A stretch of DNA of 38,213 nucleotides from an uncultured Lachnospiraceae bacterium (lineage in GTDB: Bacteria > Bacillota > Clostridia > Lachnospirales > Lachnospiraceae). Within the stretch, counting starts at the first letter, position 1, and each line of letters starts with the position of its first letter. Of the stretch, positions 1 through 8,280 are shown piece after piece. The translations under genes were made by a program, and so were the position numbers. Under the pieces are notes generated by a model that searched no databases, was not told the DNA's origin, and saw nothing but the letters and a program-made list of their open reading frames with translations. The stretch is from positions 1 through 38,213 of the forward strand of contig CACZSB010000172.1 of NCBI GenBank assembly GCA_902783765.1. Direction: 5' to 3'.

Positions 1-225
1 ATATTGGGAGGGGAAAATATCGAAATTCCGTTTGAGATTGGCTTCGGTCCCGAAACCTAATTCTTCTGTGAGACCCTGCGCCTCCAGGGCCAGCTGAAGG
101 GCCTCAAAATCCGTGTCCACCGCTGCGGGCTCCCGTAAACGGTACAGCAAAAACAAAGATACTGCCAGGCAAATCAATATCATGGAAACAATATATAATG
201 CTTTATCCCGGGTTATTTGGTTCAT
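1..225 (-). CDS. Partial CDS (first 75 codons; continues beyond the window start): hypothetical membrane-anchored protein
   Basis: Hand translation of the minus strand from the ATG at 225..223 gives MNQITRDKALYIVSMILICLAVSLFLLYRLREPAAVDTDFEALQLALEAQGL..., with no stop before position 1. An AGGAG sits about 8 nt upstream and overlaps the stop of the preceding SGNH gene. The N-terminus carries one hydrophobic helix. It is missing from the ORF track because it is truncated by the window edge. Confidence 0.45.
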   Translation of the reverse strand, partial: MNQITRDKALYIVSMILICLAVSLFLLYRLREPAAVDTDFEALQLALEAQGLTEELGFGTEANLKRNFDIFPSQY

Positions 226-236
226 GGCAACGGCTC

Positions 237-1208
237 CTAAAACCCGACGATACTTCGGATATTATTGAACCATGTTCGAGTCCAGGCAGCAGAAAAATGG
301 ATTCCGTCTCCGTTGAGGCTGTAACAGGCTTCTATGGTAAAACCGCCCATGCCGTCCACAAAGGTCCAACCGTGGCGGGCACACATCTCCTGGATCAGCT
401 GATTATAGGCCTCAATGCCACCCAGTCGGGGCCGCCGCTCAATGGCCCAGGAGGCTGCGGGCATCACATTCCCCACATAGATTTTTGTTTCGGGAGACAG
501 GGCCGCAAACTTGGCAATATAATTTTCGTAATGCCCCAGGGCCTGTTCATAACCGAAGTACAAAATATCATCCACCCCATTTAAAAAGATGACTTTTTCC
601 GGCGCCATGGCGGCGGCTTCTGTGGCCATCTGTGGCGCATAATCAATCATACCGGTGGTGAAAAAAACATGGGAGCGGGGCCAGCAGTCGTAAAAGCTGA
701 GTCCGTAGGTGCGGGAGTCGCCGATAAATACCACATTTGAGGCTGCTATGGAAGCTGCAATGGAAGCCTGACGGGATGCTTCGGCTTTGGAAGATTGTTT
801 TTCTTCTTCCCGGGAGGCTTTAAGTGCCGCCGATAAGGACTGGGAAAAGGAAGCTTCCTCATATTGGCTTTGTTTTACGGATTGCATATAGGATGAAAGC
901 TGATTCATGGCTGCGGCAATGGAGTCCAGCATGGCCTGATAACTTGATTCTTCTACAGAAATGCTGTAATCAATGGAATCCTGAATTCGCTTCTGCCGAG
1001 AACTTTCCGCAGAAAAGATACGGGAGGCCGCCTGCTGCAAATCCACAGCTTCCTTTCCACTGATTTCCATTAAAAGACTCTCATCCACCGTGGCATCGGC
1101 CCGGGCCGGAACACGGGACACGAAAAAGGCGATGAGGGTGGTCAAAAAAAGCCCCAGAATACAGGCAGTCAGTATCTCTATTCTGTTTTTCGGATTATTT
1201 TCTGACAT
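237..1208 (-). CDS. Membrane-anchored SGNH/GDSL-family hydrolase (esterase/lipase-like)
   Basis: 323-aa ORF. It has an N-terminal hydrophobic helix (ILTACILGLFLTTLIAFFV) followed by a roughly 100-aa Ser/Gln/Ala/Glu-rich spacer. The catalytic domain shows SGNH block I 'VVFIGDSRTYG' and a C-terminal 'GDGIHFS' (D-x-x-H block). The ATG at 1208 lies 3 nt after the plsY stop. Confidence 0.8.
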   Translation of the reverse strand: MSENNPKNRIEILTACILGLFLTTLIAFFVSRVPARADATVDESLLMEISGKEAVDLQQAASRIFSAESSRQKRIQDSIDYSISVEESSYQAMLDSIAAAMNQLSSYMQSVKQSQYEEASFSQSLSAALKASREEEKQSSKAEASRQASIAASIAASNVVFIGDSRTYGLSFYDCWPRSHVFFTTGMIDYAPQMATEAAAMAPEKVIFLNGVDDILYFGYEQALGHYENYIAKFAALSPETKIYVGNVMPAASWAIERRPRLGGIEAYNQLIQEMCARHGWTFVDGMGGFTIEACYSLNGDGIHFSAAWTRTWFNNIRSIVGF

Positions 1209-1211
1209 GCC

Positions 1212-1841
1212 TTAAAAACTGATGGGCTTCTCTTCTCCCTTTATGAGTCGTTTGATATTATCATGATGCCGTATCAGGGACAGGAGGACGATGGCAGCAA
1301 AAATCAGCAAGGCCTCCCATTTCGACATGATGCCGGAAGAAAGCTTATGGCTAAAGAGCAGCCAAGGGAATAAAACAAGATTGCCCAGCAGCATCAGGAT
1401 GGAGCCCAGGGACACACGTTTTGACAAGAGTGTGACGCCTAAGAAACTGATGAAGGAATATAGAGCCATACGCCAATCCAAAAGGAGCATCATGCCCCCG
1501 GTGGAGGCAACGCCTTTCCCGCCACGAAAATCCATATAGTAGGGGAAATCATGGCCCAATACCACACCGGCTGCAGTATAAAGCTGGGACAAAAGCCAGT
1601 ACTCTTCTCCCCAGAAGCTGCTGAGCCAGCCGGCAAAAAGCAGTGCCAGTAGCATTTTGCCAAGATCACCCAGAAAAACGATGATGCCCGCTTTCCGGCC
1701 CATGACCCGCAGGGCATTGGTGGTGCCTGCGTTGCCGCTGCCGTGCTCCCGAATGTCCAGGCCCTGCTTCTTTCCGTAAACAAAACTGGTTTGGAGACAG
1801 CCGAAAAGATAGCCCATTAATAAAAGAGGAATTCGGATCAT
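1212..1841 (-). CDS. plsY: Glycerol-3-phosphate acyltransferase PlsY (acyl-phosphate dependent)
   Basis: 209-aa polytopic membrane protein with the PlsY signature 'HGSGNAGTTNALR'. Its ATG overlaps the der stop (ATGA, 1838-1841). Confidence 0.93.
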   Translation of the reverse strand: MIRIPLLLMGYLFGCLQTSFVYGKKQGLDIREHGSGNAGTTNALRVMGRKAGIIVFLGDLGKMLLALLFAGWLSSFWGEEYWLLSQLYTAAGVVLGHDFPYYMDFRGGKGVASTGGMMLLLDWRMALYSFISFLGVTLLSKRVSLGSILMLLGNLVLFPWLLFSHKLSSGIMSKWEALLIFAAIVLLSLIRHHDNIKRLIKGEEKPISF

Positions 1842-3166
1842 TGCTCCTTTTCATTCCTTTCCCGTATGATCATTTTGATACTGGTCCCCCGGAAACCGAA
1901 GGTTTCCCGGAGCTGGTTTTCCAGATAGCGCTGATAGGAAAAATGCATCAGCTTTTTATCGTTTACAAACAGTACAAAGGTGGGCGGGGCCACGGCGGCC
2001 TGGGTGCTGTAATAGATCCGTAGCCGTTTTCCCTTGTCCGAGGGCGGCTCATGGAGCGCCGTGGCCTGGGATATGATTTCATTCAGGACCCCGGTGCCCA
2101 CCCGTTTCATGCAGGCTTCCAGGATCTCATCCACCTTCTGATAGATCTGGGACAGGCGCTGGCCCGTAAGGGTGGATACAAATAGGATATCTGCATACTC
2201 CAGGAAGGAAAGAACCTCCCGGATCCGCTTGGTAAACTCTTTAACGCTGTGATTATCCTTTTCGATCAGATCCCATTTGTTCACCAGAATCAGGATCCCC
2301 TTATTTCTGTCATGGGCGATGCCGGCGATTTTAGCATCCTGCTCGGTGATGCCGGTGGAGGCATCGATCATCAGAATCACCACATTGGAGCGTTCCACAG
2401 CGCTGATGGCCCGGACCACGCTGAAATGCTCAATCTGGTCGCTGACCCGGCTTTTGCGCCGAAGCCCGGCAGTATCGATTAATACATAATCTTTTTTGTT
2501 CCAGCGGACATTGGTATCCACCGCATCCCGGGTGGTGCCGGCCACTTCGGATACAATGACCCGCTGCTGGCCCGCCATACGGTTGACCAGGCTGCTTTTG
2601 CCCACATTGGGTTTCCCGATAATGGCAATGCGGGGAATCTGCTCCTCTTCTTCTTCATTGCCAGGGGCAGGGAAATAAGCCGCCACTGCGTCCAGCATAT
2701 CCCCCAGCCCCTGTTTTTCCGCAGCGGAAACCGGGATGGGGTCCCCCAGCCCCAGATTATAAAACTCATAAACATCATTGCCGTATTTGCTGAAGCTGTC
2801 AACTTTATTGACTACCAGCACCACGGGCTTTCCGGAACGGCGCAGGATATCGGCCACTTTCAGGTCATCGTCCACCAGCCCCTGCTTCACATCCGTTAAA
2901 AAGATAATCACATCGGCGGTTTCAATGGCCGTCTGGGCCTGCTCCCGCATCTGTTTCAGAATCACATCCCGGCTTTCCGGTTCGATGCCCCCGGTGTCGA
3001 TAAGGGTAAATTGATGATTCAGCCAGCTGCAATCCGCGTAAATCCGATCACGGGTAACTCCCGGCGTATCATCCACAATGGATATACGCTCTCCGGCCAG
3101 ACGGTTGAAAAGAGTGGATTTTCCTACATTGGGGCGGCCCACAATGGCCACAACTGCTTTACTCAT
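1838..3166 (-). CDS. der: Ribosome-associated GTPase Der/EngA (two tandem GTPase domains)
   Basis: Two G-domains are present: 'GRPNVGKSTLFN...DTGG...NKVD' and 'GKPNVGKSSLVN...DTAG...NKWD', plus a C-terminal KH-like tail. I moved the start from the ORF-track 3259 to the ATG at 3166 (MSKAVVAIVGRPNVGKS), which is preceded by GGGAGG. The longer ORF would run through the end of the upstream gene. Confidence 0.93.
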   Translation of the reverse strand: MSKAVVAIVGRPNVGKSTLFNRLAGERISIVDDTPGVTRDRIYADCSWLNHQFTLIDTGGIEPESRDVILKQMREQAQTAIETADVIIFLTDVKQGLVDDDLKVADILRRSGKPVVLVVNKVDSFSKYGNDVYEFYNLGLGDPIPVSAAEKQGLGDMLDAVAAYFPAPGNEEEEEQIPRIAIIGKPNVGKSSLVNRMAGQQRVIVSEVAGTTRDAVDTNVRWNKKDYVLIDTAGLRRKSRVSDQIEHFSVVRAISAVERSNVVILMIDASTGITEQDAKIAGIAHDRNKGILILVNKWDLIEKDNHSVKEFTKRIREVLSFLEYADILFVSTLTGQRLSQIYQKVDEILEACMKRVGTGVLNEIISQATALHEPPSDKGKRLRIYYSTQAAVAPPTFVLFVNDKKLMHFSYQRYLENQLRETFGFRGTSIKMIIRERNEKEQ

Positions 3167-4523
3167 TTTTGCCTCCCGGCTCATAGGGCCGAAATAGTTT
3201 TTGGCTGCTGTTTTTGCATTCCAGACCCGCCAGCTCCCGTACCAGGCCGGCACCGTCACAGGACAGAGGAATCACGGGCAGGTCCAACTGCTCCCGAACC
3301 TGGCTGAGACTGATATCGTCTAAAAAGACCTCTTCCCCCATTCGAAGCATGGTATCGGGAATATAGAGTATTTCTCCTAAATCCTGCCCCTTTAGTTGAT
3401 CGATCAGATCCCTTCCGGTAACCAGCCCCGCCACAGTGATGCTTTCCCCGAAAAAATGATTGATAATGGGGAAATGTCTGACTTTAATCCCGGGAAAGCG
3501 CGCCATGAATTCTTCCAGAAGATTTTGAAGCACCGGCGCCGCCAGCACGCCACCCGCCAGGGAAATCTGCCTGGCCTGGGGCTTGGCCTCAATACCTGCC
3601 AGCTCTTCCCGAAACTGGTTCATAAACAGCCGCAGCATACCCACGCCGTTTTCCAGCTGGAGATAACCGTCATAGCGTTCCTCCTCCGGCAGAGGCAGTC
3701 CTGCCTTCAGATAAATCTCGTCGCTGGCGTGGACAAAATGCAGTCCGTGTTCGGGAAAGAGTTTTTGCTGCCACTGCTCAATGAGATTTATGGTTTCCCG
3801 GGCCTCTTCCGGGGTCAGCAGCCGCAGGGGCGCCAGACCTTCCCGGTATTTGGTCAAGCCCACCGGCACCACGGAGAGGCTTTCCATATGGGGCAGGTAA
3901 CGGCTCAGATCGGCAATGGTCTTGTCCAGTTGAGCGCCGTCATTATAGCCCGGGCACAGCACAATCTGCCCGTTCATAGTAATATGGTGGTCTGCCAGTT
4001 TGTCCAGGATCTGAAGAGAACGGCCGGCAAAACGATTGTTCAGCATTTTGCACCGCAGCTCCGGATCCGTGGTATGGACGGAAATATTGATGGGGGACAG
4101 ATGATACTGGATAATCCGTTCCACATCGTGGTCATTTAAATTGGTCAGGGTCACATAATTGCCCTGGAGGAAGCTCAGGCGGGCGTCGTCGTCCTTAAAA
4201 TACAGGGTTTCTCGCATCCCCGGCGGCATCTGGTCAATAAAACAAAAAATGCATTTGTTCCGGCAGGAGCGATACTCATCCATGAGACCTGTGCCGAAAT
4301 CCAGCCCCAGGTCCTCATCCTCCTCCTTTTCGATTTCGAACAGGACGGCTTCCCCTTCGGCGGATTCCACCAAAAGCTCCAGGTATTCTTCCCGGCAGAG
4401 GAATTCGTAATCAAAAATATCCTCCACTTCCCGGCCTCCGATGGCCAAAAGATAATCCCCGGGCCGAATATTCAGTTCATCACCTATGGAGCCTTTTCTG
4501 ACTGCCTGGATCCGGTGCTTCAT
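3159..4523 (-). CDS. Radical SAM protein with N-terminal PDZ-like domain (DUF512-type), function unknown
   Basis: The CxxxCxxC cluster 'CRNKCIFC' is present and the N-terminus is PDZ-like ('GSIGDELNIRPGDYLLAIGG'). The start is set at the ATG at 4523 (MKHRIQAVRKG), preceded by GGAAGG about 9 nt upstream. ATGs at 4547 and 4697 are alternatives. The stop overlaps the der start by 8 nt. Confidence 0.85.
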   Translation of the reverse strand: MKHRIQAVRKGSIGDELNIRPGDYLLAIGGREVEDIFDYEFLCREEYLELLVESAEGEAVLFEIEKEEDEDLGLDFGTGLMDEYRSCRNKCIFCFIDQMPPGMRETLYFKDDDARLSFLQGNYVTLTNLNDHDVERIIQYHLSPINISVHTTDPELRCKMLNNRFAGRSLQILDKLADHHITMNGQIVLCPGYNDGAQLDKTIADLSRYLPHMESLSVVPVGLTKYREGLAPLRLLTPEEARETINLIEQWQQKLFPEHGLHFVHASDEIYLKAGLPLPEEERYDGYLQLENGVGMLRLFMNQFREELAGIEAKPQARQISLAGGVLAAPVLQNLLEEFMARFPGIKVRHFPIINHFFGESITVAGLVTGRDLIDQLKGQDLGEILYIPDTMLRMGEEVFLDDISLSQVREQLDLPVIPLSCDGAGLVRELAGLECKNSSQKLFRPYEPGGKNE

Positions 4524-4562
4524 GGCTGTATTCCTTCCGCGGGACATTTTAACACATCTTTC

Positions 4563-4591
4563 TTGCTTATTCCACCGAAAAGTGATAGTAT
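4563..4591 (+). promoter_or_regulatory. Predicted sigma-A-type promoter for the Prs-like gene
   Basis: TTGCTT (4563-4568), a 17-nt spacer, then TAGTAT (4586-4591) with an upstream TGa extended -10. It lies about 30 nt before the GGGGAGGA RBS and the ATG at 4624. Read by eye only. Confidence 0.4.
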
Positions 4592-4623
4592 TTCCGCGTA
4601 ATGAGCCCAGGGGAGGACAAGGC

Positions 4624-5814
4624 ATGCTGAACGAACACGACAAGATATACCCCTTTAAGAACCGAAATCTCATCGCACCCTTAAAAATCGTTGCCATGGA
4701 GAATTGCCGGGAGCTGGTGGAAAAGGCGGAGCGCCATATCGTGGAGCTGCGTCATCAATACCTGGCAGACCATCGGGAGGACGACCCCACCATTGAATCT
4801 CGGGAGTATGACAAGGAAAGTTACCTGATTAATACAGAATGCCCCCGCTTCAGTTCCGGGGAAGCCAAGGGAATGATCCTTGATTCTGTCCGGGGCAGCG
4901 ATTTGTTTATCGTATCGGATGTGACCAATAACAGCATGAGCTTTAAGATTAATGGCCGGGAGCATTTCATGTCCCCGGATGATCATTATCAGGACTTAAA
5001 GCGGATCATTGCCGCCGCCAGCTCCTCGGCCCACCGCATCAGCGTAATCATGCCCTTCTTATATCAGAGCCGTCAGCACAAGCGCCTGCACCGGGAATCC
5101 TTGGACTGCGCCATGGCTCTGGAGGAACTCAGCGAAATGGGGGTGGCCAATATCATCACCTTCGATGCCCATGATCCCACGGTGCAGAATGCCATTCCTC
5201 TCCATGATTTTGACAATTACTCTCCGGATTATCATTTTGTTAAGGTTCTGTTCCAGATGCTGGGGGAACAGCATATTGACCGCCAGGATCTTCTGATCGT
5301 AAGTCCCGATGAGGGCTCCATGAAGCGGGGGGTCTTTTTGGCCAACAGTGTGGGCGTGGATTTGGGCATGTTTTATAAGCGCCGGAACTACCGGGTTTTG
5401 GAGGACGGGGTGAATCCCGTGGTGGCTTCGGAATATCTGGGGCCGGACCCCAAGGACAAGGTGGTGATCATCCTGGACGATATCATCTCCACCGGGGTCA
5501 ATATTATGGATACGGCCCGGGAAATGCGCAACCGCCAGGCCTCCAAAATCATCATCTGCTGTACCTTCGGCCTGTTCGTCAGCGGCTTTGACAAATTCAT
5601 CCAGGCCCATGATGAAGGGATATTCGATTACATGATTACCACCAATTTGAACTATCGTCCCCCTGTGGTACGGGAGCAGCCCTGGTATTTTGAAGCGGAT
5701 CTTTCCGGCTATATCGGCAAGATCATCAATACCATGAATCACAATGTGGCGGTATCCAGCGTAGTGAATCCATTGGGACTATTGCAGAAATTGATGAATG
5801 AAAAGAAATGCTGA
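4624..5814 (+). CDS. prs: Ribose-phosphate diphosphokinase family protein (long, atypical Prs form, 396 aa)
   Basis: PRPP-binding loop 'VVIILDDIISTGVNIMDTA', 'ITFDAHDPTVQN' and 'SPDEGSMKRG' are present, along with the flexible-loop 'YKRRNY'. The start is moved to the ATG at 4624 (MLNEHDK), preceded by GGGGAGGA. The ORF-track start at 4486 would overlap the divergent gene. Confidence 0.78.
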   Translation: MLNEHDKIYPFKNRNLIAPLKIVAMENCRELVEKAERHIVELRHQYLADHREDDPTIESREYDKESYLINTECPRFSSGEAKGMILDSVRGSDLFIVSDVTNNSMSFKINGREHFMSPDDHYQDLKRIIAAASSSAHRISVIMPFLYQSRQHKRLHRESLDCAMALEELSEMGVANIITFDAHDPTVQNAIPLHDFDNYSPDYHFVKVLFQMLGEQHIDRQDLLIVSPDEGSMKRGVFLANSVGVDLGMFYKRRNYRVLEDGVNPVVASEYLGPDPKDKVVIILDDIISTGVNIMDTAREMRNRQASKIIICCTFGLFVSGFDKFIQAHDEGIFDYMITTNLNYRPPVVREQPWYFEADLSGYIGKIINTMNHNVAVSSVVNPLGLLQKLMNEKKC

Positions 5815-5820
5815 GATGAC

Positions 5821-6165
5821 TTATTTCACTTCAAAGGCGTTGGGAAAATGATTGATGCTGTCCTTATCGATGGCAATCACATCGAAACGGCAGGGGGGCA
5901 GGGCCTTAAATCCCGCAAGAAAATAGCGGGCCACGGCAATGATCCGCTGCTGTTTTCTTTTGTCCACATGCTCTTCTCCCCAGCCGTAGCGGTCGCTGCG
6001 GCGGTATTTTACCTCCACAAAAACCAGGCAGGGCCCATCCCGGGCAATTAAATCGATCTCCCCCAACCGGCAGCGGAAATTTTTTTCAAGGATCCGAAAG
6101 CCTTGGGATTCCAAAAAGGCGGCGGCCTCCCCTTCCCGGAGGCTGCCCAGGCGTCGTTTATTCAT
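5821..6165 (-). CDS. yraN: YraN-family (UPF0102) predicted endonuclease
   Basis: 114 aa with the characteristic 'GEIDLIARDGPCLVFVEVKYRR' core. It sits in the conserved position downstream of rnhB. Confidence 0.85.
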   Translation of the reverse strand: MNKRRLGSLREGEAAAFLESQGFRILEKNFRCRLGEIDLIARDGPCLVFVEVKYRRSDRYGWGEEHVDKRKQQRIIAVARYFLAGFKALPPCRFDVIAIDKDSINHFPNAFEVK

Positions 6166-6172
6166 TTTTGAA

Positions 6173-6811
6173 TTACTCCATGATTTTTTTAATAAAACTC
6201 GTTCGATGCTCCGGGGTTGGCCCCAGACGGCGCAGGGCCTCTATATGGGCGGCGGTGCCGTAACCCTTGTGCTGTGCCAGACCATAGCCGGGATAGCGCT
6301 CTTCTGCCTGAGCCATCAGCCTGTCCCGGGTTACCTTGGCCACAATACTGGCGGCGGCAATGGATAAGCTTTTTCCATCCCCTTTGATAATAGGAATCTG
6401 GGGAAGATTAAGCCCCGGCAGGGTAATGGCGTCCAGTAAAAGAATTCCATAGGGGCAGGAGGCCGGCAGGGCGGCCAGGGCCTGCTTCATGGCTTCGTAG
6501 GTGGCCTGAAGAATATTGATTTCGTCAATCCGGGCGGGGGAAACAATGCCCACACCCACCCCAAGGGCCTTTTCCATGATTTGGGGGTAAACCGCTTCCC
6601 TTCGTTTTTCCGAAAGCTTTTTGGAATCGTTGATATACAGGATTTCCTTCTCCGGGTTTAAAACTACGGCAGCGGCCACCACCGGACCGAATAAAGGCCC
6701 CCGGCCGGCCTCATCCAAGCCTGCGGGGCGCAGGCCCCGAGCCTGAATTTGGTCAAAATCCTTTAATAGGGCCAGTCGGGTCCTCTCCTTTTCCAAAGCT
6801 TTTTCTGTCAA
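6173..6811 (-). CDS. rnhB: Ribonuclease HII
   Basis: The motif 'GLDEAGRGPLFGPVVAAAVV' is present. The start codon is TTG (plus strand caa at 6809-6811) with GGAGG 8 nt upstream, and it overlaps the lepB stop by 4 nt. Confidence 0.92.
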   Translation of the reverse strand: MTEKALEKERTRLALLKDFDQIQARGLRPAGLDEAGRGPLFGPVVAAAVVLNPEKEILYINDSKKLSEKRREAVYPQIMEKALGVGVGIVSPARIDEINILQATYEAMKQALAALPASCPYGILLLDAITLPGLNLPQIPIIKGDGKSLSIAAASIVAKVTRDRLMAQAEERYPGYGLAQHKGYGTAAHIEALRRLGPTPEHRTSFIKKIME

Positions 6812-7407
6812 GGTTCAACCTCCGGTACCAGGCTCCCCCGTTTGTCCAGGGGCAGAATACGGTATATGGCACGCCCTACCATCTGCTCTTTTTTTATAGG
6901 TCCAAGTCTGGAAGAACGGGAATCCGTGCTATTGTTACGATTATCCCCCATCACGAAATATTCATCCTCTCCCAGACGAATCAGTTCCGCCGCTACTCCC
7001 GGGGTAAAACCATCCGAAGGACAATATGGATCATCGATGGCCACTCCATTGATATAAATGGTGGAATTGATGATCTGGACGCTCTCTCCGGGCAGGCCGA
7101 TGATGCGTTTTACATAATATGTTTCCGGTTCGTCTTTCAGACGAAAGACCACCACTTCAAAGCGTTTAGGATCCCGAAGAAAATGATAGCTGAAGCAATC
7201 CACAATCAGCTGATCCTCATTCTGGAGGGTTGTTTCCATGGAGCTTCCGTCCACCTGAACCCGCTGCCCCACGTAATTCAGGAAAAACAAAACGAAAGCC
7301 ACCATTAAAACCAGGGTCAGCAGTGCCGAAAGCAAATCCTTTAAGGGTCTGGGTTTCGGCTCCAGTATAATGGGTGTGGGTTCTTTTTTGTTTTTAAACA
7401 GACTCAT
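6808..7407 (-). CDS. lepB: Signal peptidase I (copy 1)
   Basis: N-terminal TM helix, catalytic Ser box 'GSSMETTL', Lys box 'YVKRIIGLPGE' and 'GDNRNNSTDSR'. It overlaps the rbgA stop by 14 nt. Confidence 0.9.
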   Translation of the reverse strand: MSLFKNKKEPTPIILEPKPRPLKDLLSALLTLVLMVAFVLFFLNYVGQRVQVDGSSMETTLQNEDQLIVDCFSYHFLRDPKRFEVVVFRLKDEPETYYVKRIIGLPGESVQIINSTIYINGVAIDDPYCPSDGFTPGVAAELIRLGEDEYFVMGDNRNNSTDSRSSRLGPIKKEQMVGRAIYRILPLDKRGSLVPEVEP

Positions 7408-8266
7408 GGGGTTGTTCTCCGAAATTATCCGGGCTTTCTAAACTGATAAGACCCAGCCTGCCGCCCTGCAAATCCTGAAGGAAACGACGGCCAGCCCCGT
7501 CAAGATCCGCCTCGGCACCTTTCAGCAATAGACCCTGCTTCAGGGCCAATTCTCTTAAAAAGGCGGCGCCATCCCCCTGGTAATGGATTTGATATTTATT
7601 GGGCAGGGCATCTGGATAGCGAAGATGCAGCAATTCAATCCCTTTTAGGGCCAAAGCCCGGGGATCCAATATTTCTTCTTTTAAAGAACCGCAAAGCGCC
7701 AAATGCAGCCCCACGGTCTCACTTTGAAAGCGGGGCCACAAAATACCCGGCGTATCCATCAATTCCACAGAGGAGGAAAGGCGAATCCACTGAACGCCCC
7801 GGGTGACGCCGGGTTTATTGCCGGTTTTGCTGCTGGCCCGGCCAGCCAGGGTATTGATGAGGGTGGATTTCCCCACATTGGGGATCCCCACCACCATAAT
7901 ACGAACCGGGCGGTTTACAATCCCTTTTAATTTATCCCGCTGTCTTTTTTCCTCGGCCCATTCCGATAATCGGCTTTTAATGGCATCTCCCAGGCGCCGC
8001 TGGCGGGCATCCCCGGAAAGAGGCAGGTAATCCTGGGCCACAAAATGCTTTTCCCAATGATCGGTGCAGACCGGGTCCGCCAGATCCCCTTTATTTAATA
8101 CCAGTATCCTTTTTTTGTTTTTGCCCAGGGCCGCCAGATCCGGGTTTGTGCTGGAATAGGGAATCCGGGCGTCCCGGATCTCCACCAGGGCGTCCACCAA
8201 TTTCAGATTCTCTTCCATGGCCCGCCGGGCTTTGGTCATATGGCCGGGATACCATTGTAGATTCAT
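7394..8266 (-). CDS. rbgA: Ribosome biogenesis GTPase A (YlqF/RbgA), circularly permuted GTPase
   Basis: The N-terminus 'MNLQWYPGHMTKARR' is typical. The G motifs appear in permuted order: 'NKGDL' precedes 'GIPNVGKSTLIN' and 'DTPG'. Confidence 0.92.
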   Translation of the reverse strand: MNLQWYPGHMTKARRAMEENLKLVDALVEIRDARIPYSSTNPDLAALGKNKKRILVLNKGDLADPVCTDHWEKHFVAQDYLPLSGDARQRRLGDAIKSRLSEWAEEKRQRDKLKGIVNRPVRIMVVGIPNVGKSTLINTLAGRASSKTGNKPGVTRGVQWIRLSSSVELMDTPGILWPRFQSETVGLHLALCGSLKEEILDPRALALKGIELLHLRYPDALPNKYQIHYQGDGAAFLRELALKQGLLLKGAEADLDGAGRRFLQDLQGGRLGLISLESPDNFGEQPHESV

Positions 8267-8280
8267 ATAATAACCTCAGA

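Noticed and set aside
700-790. Short tandem repeat encoding ASIAASIAAS in the SGNH gene, considered as a possible repeat array
   Set aside because: There are only two copies of a 12-nt unit, inside a low-complexity coding spacer. It is not a CRISPR or VNTR-scale feature.
3167-3259. N-terminal extensions in the ORF track. These affect der to 3259, DUF512 to 4697, prs from 4486, lepB to 8925, trmD to 10202, ylxM to 12971, rnc to 27436, plsX to 28755 and radA from 34606.
   Set aside because: The extensions overlap upstream genes, terminator hairpins or promoters and lack an RBS. In each case an internal ATG with a good Shine-Dalgarno matches the conserved family N-terminus.
3396-4139. 247-aa plus-strand ORF antisense to the DUF512 gene. 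Similar shadow ORFs occur at 5059-5742, 19958-20524, 22196-22891 and 30148-30846.
   Set aside because: Each is fully nested antisense within a gene that has strong motif support. None has an RBS or recognisable domains, and the amino-acid composition is characteristic of reverse-frame translation.
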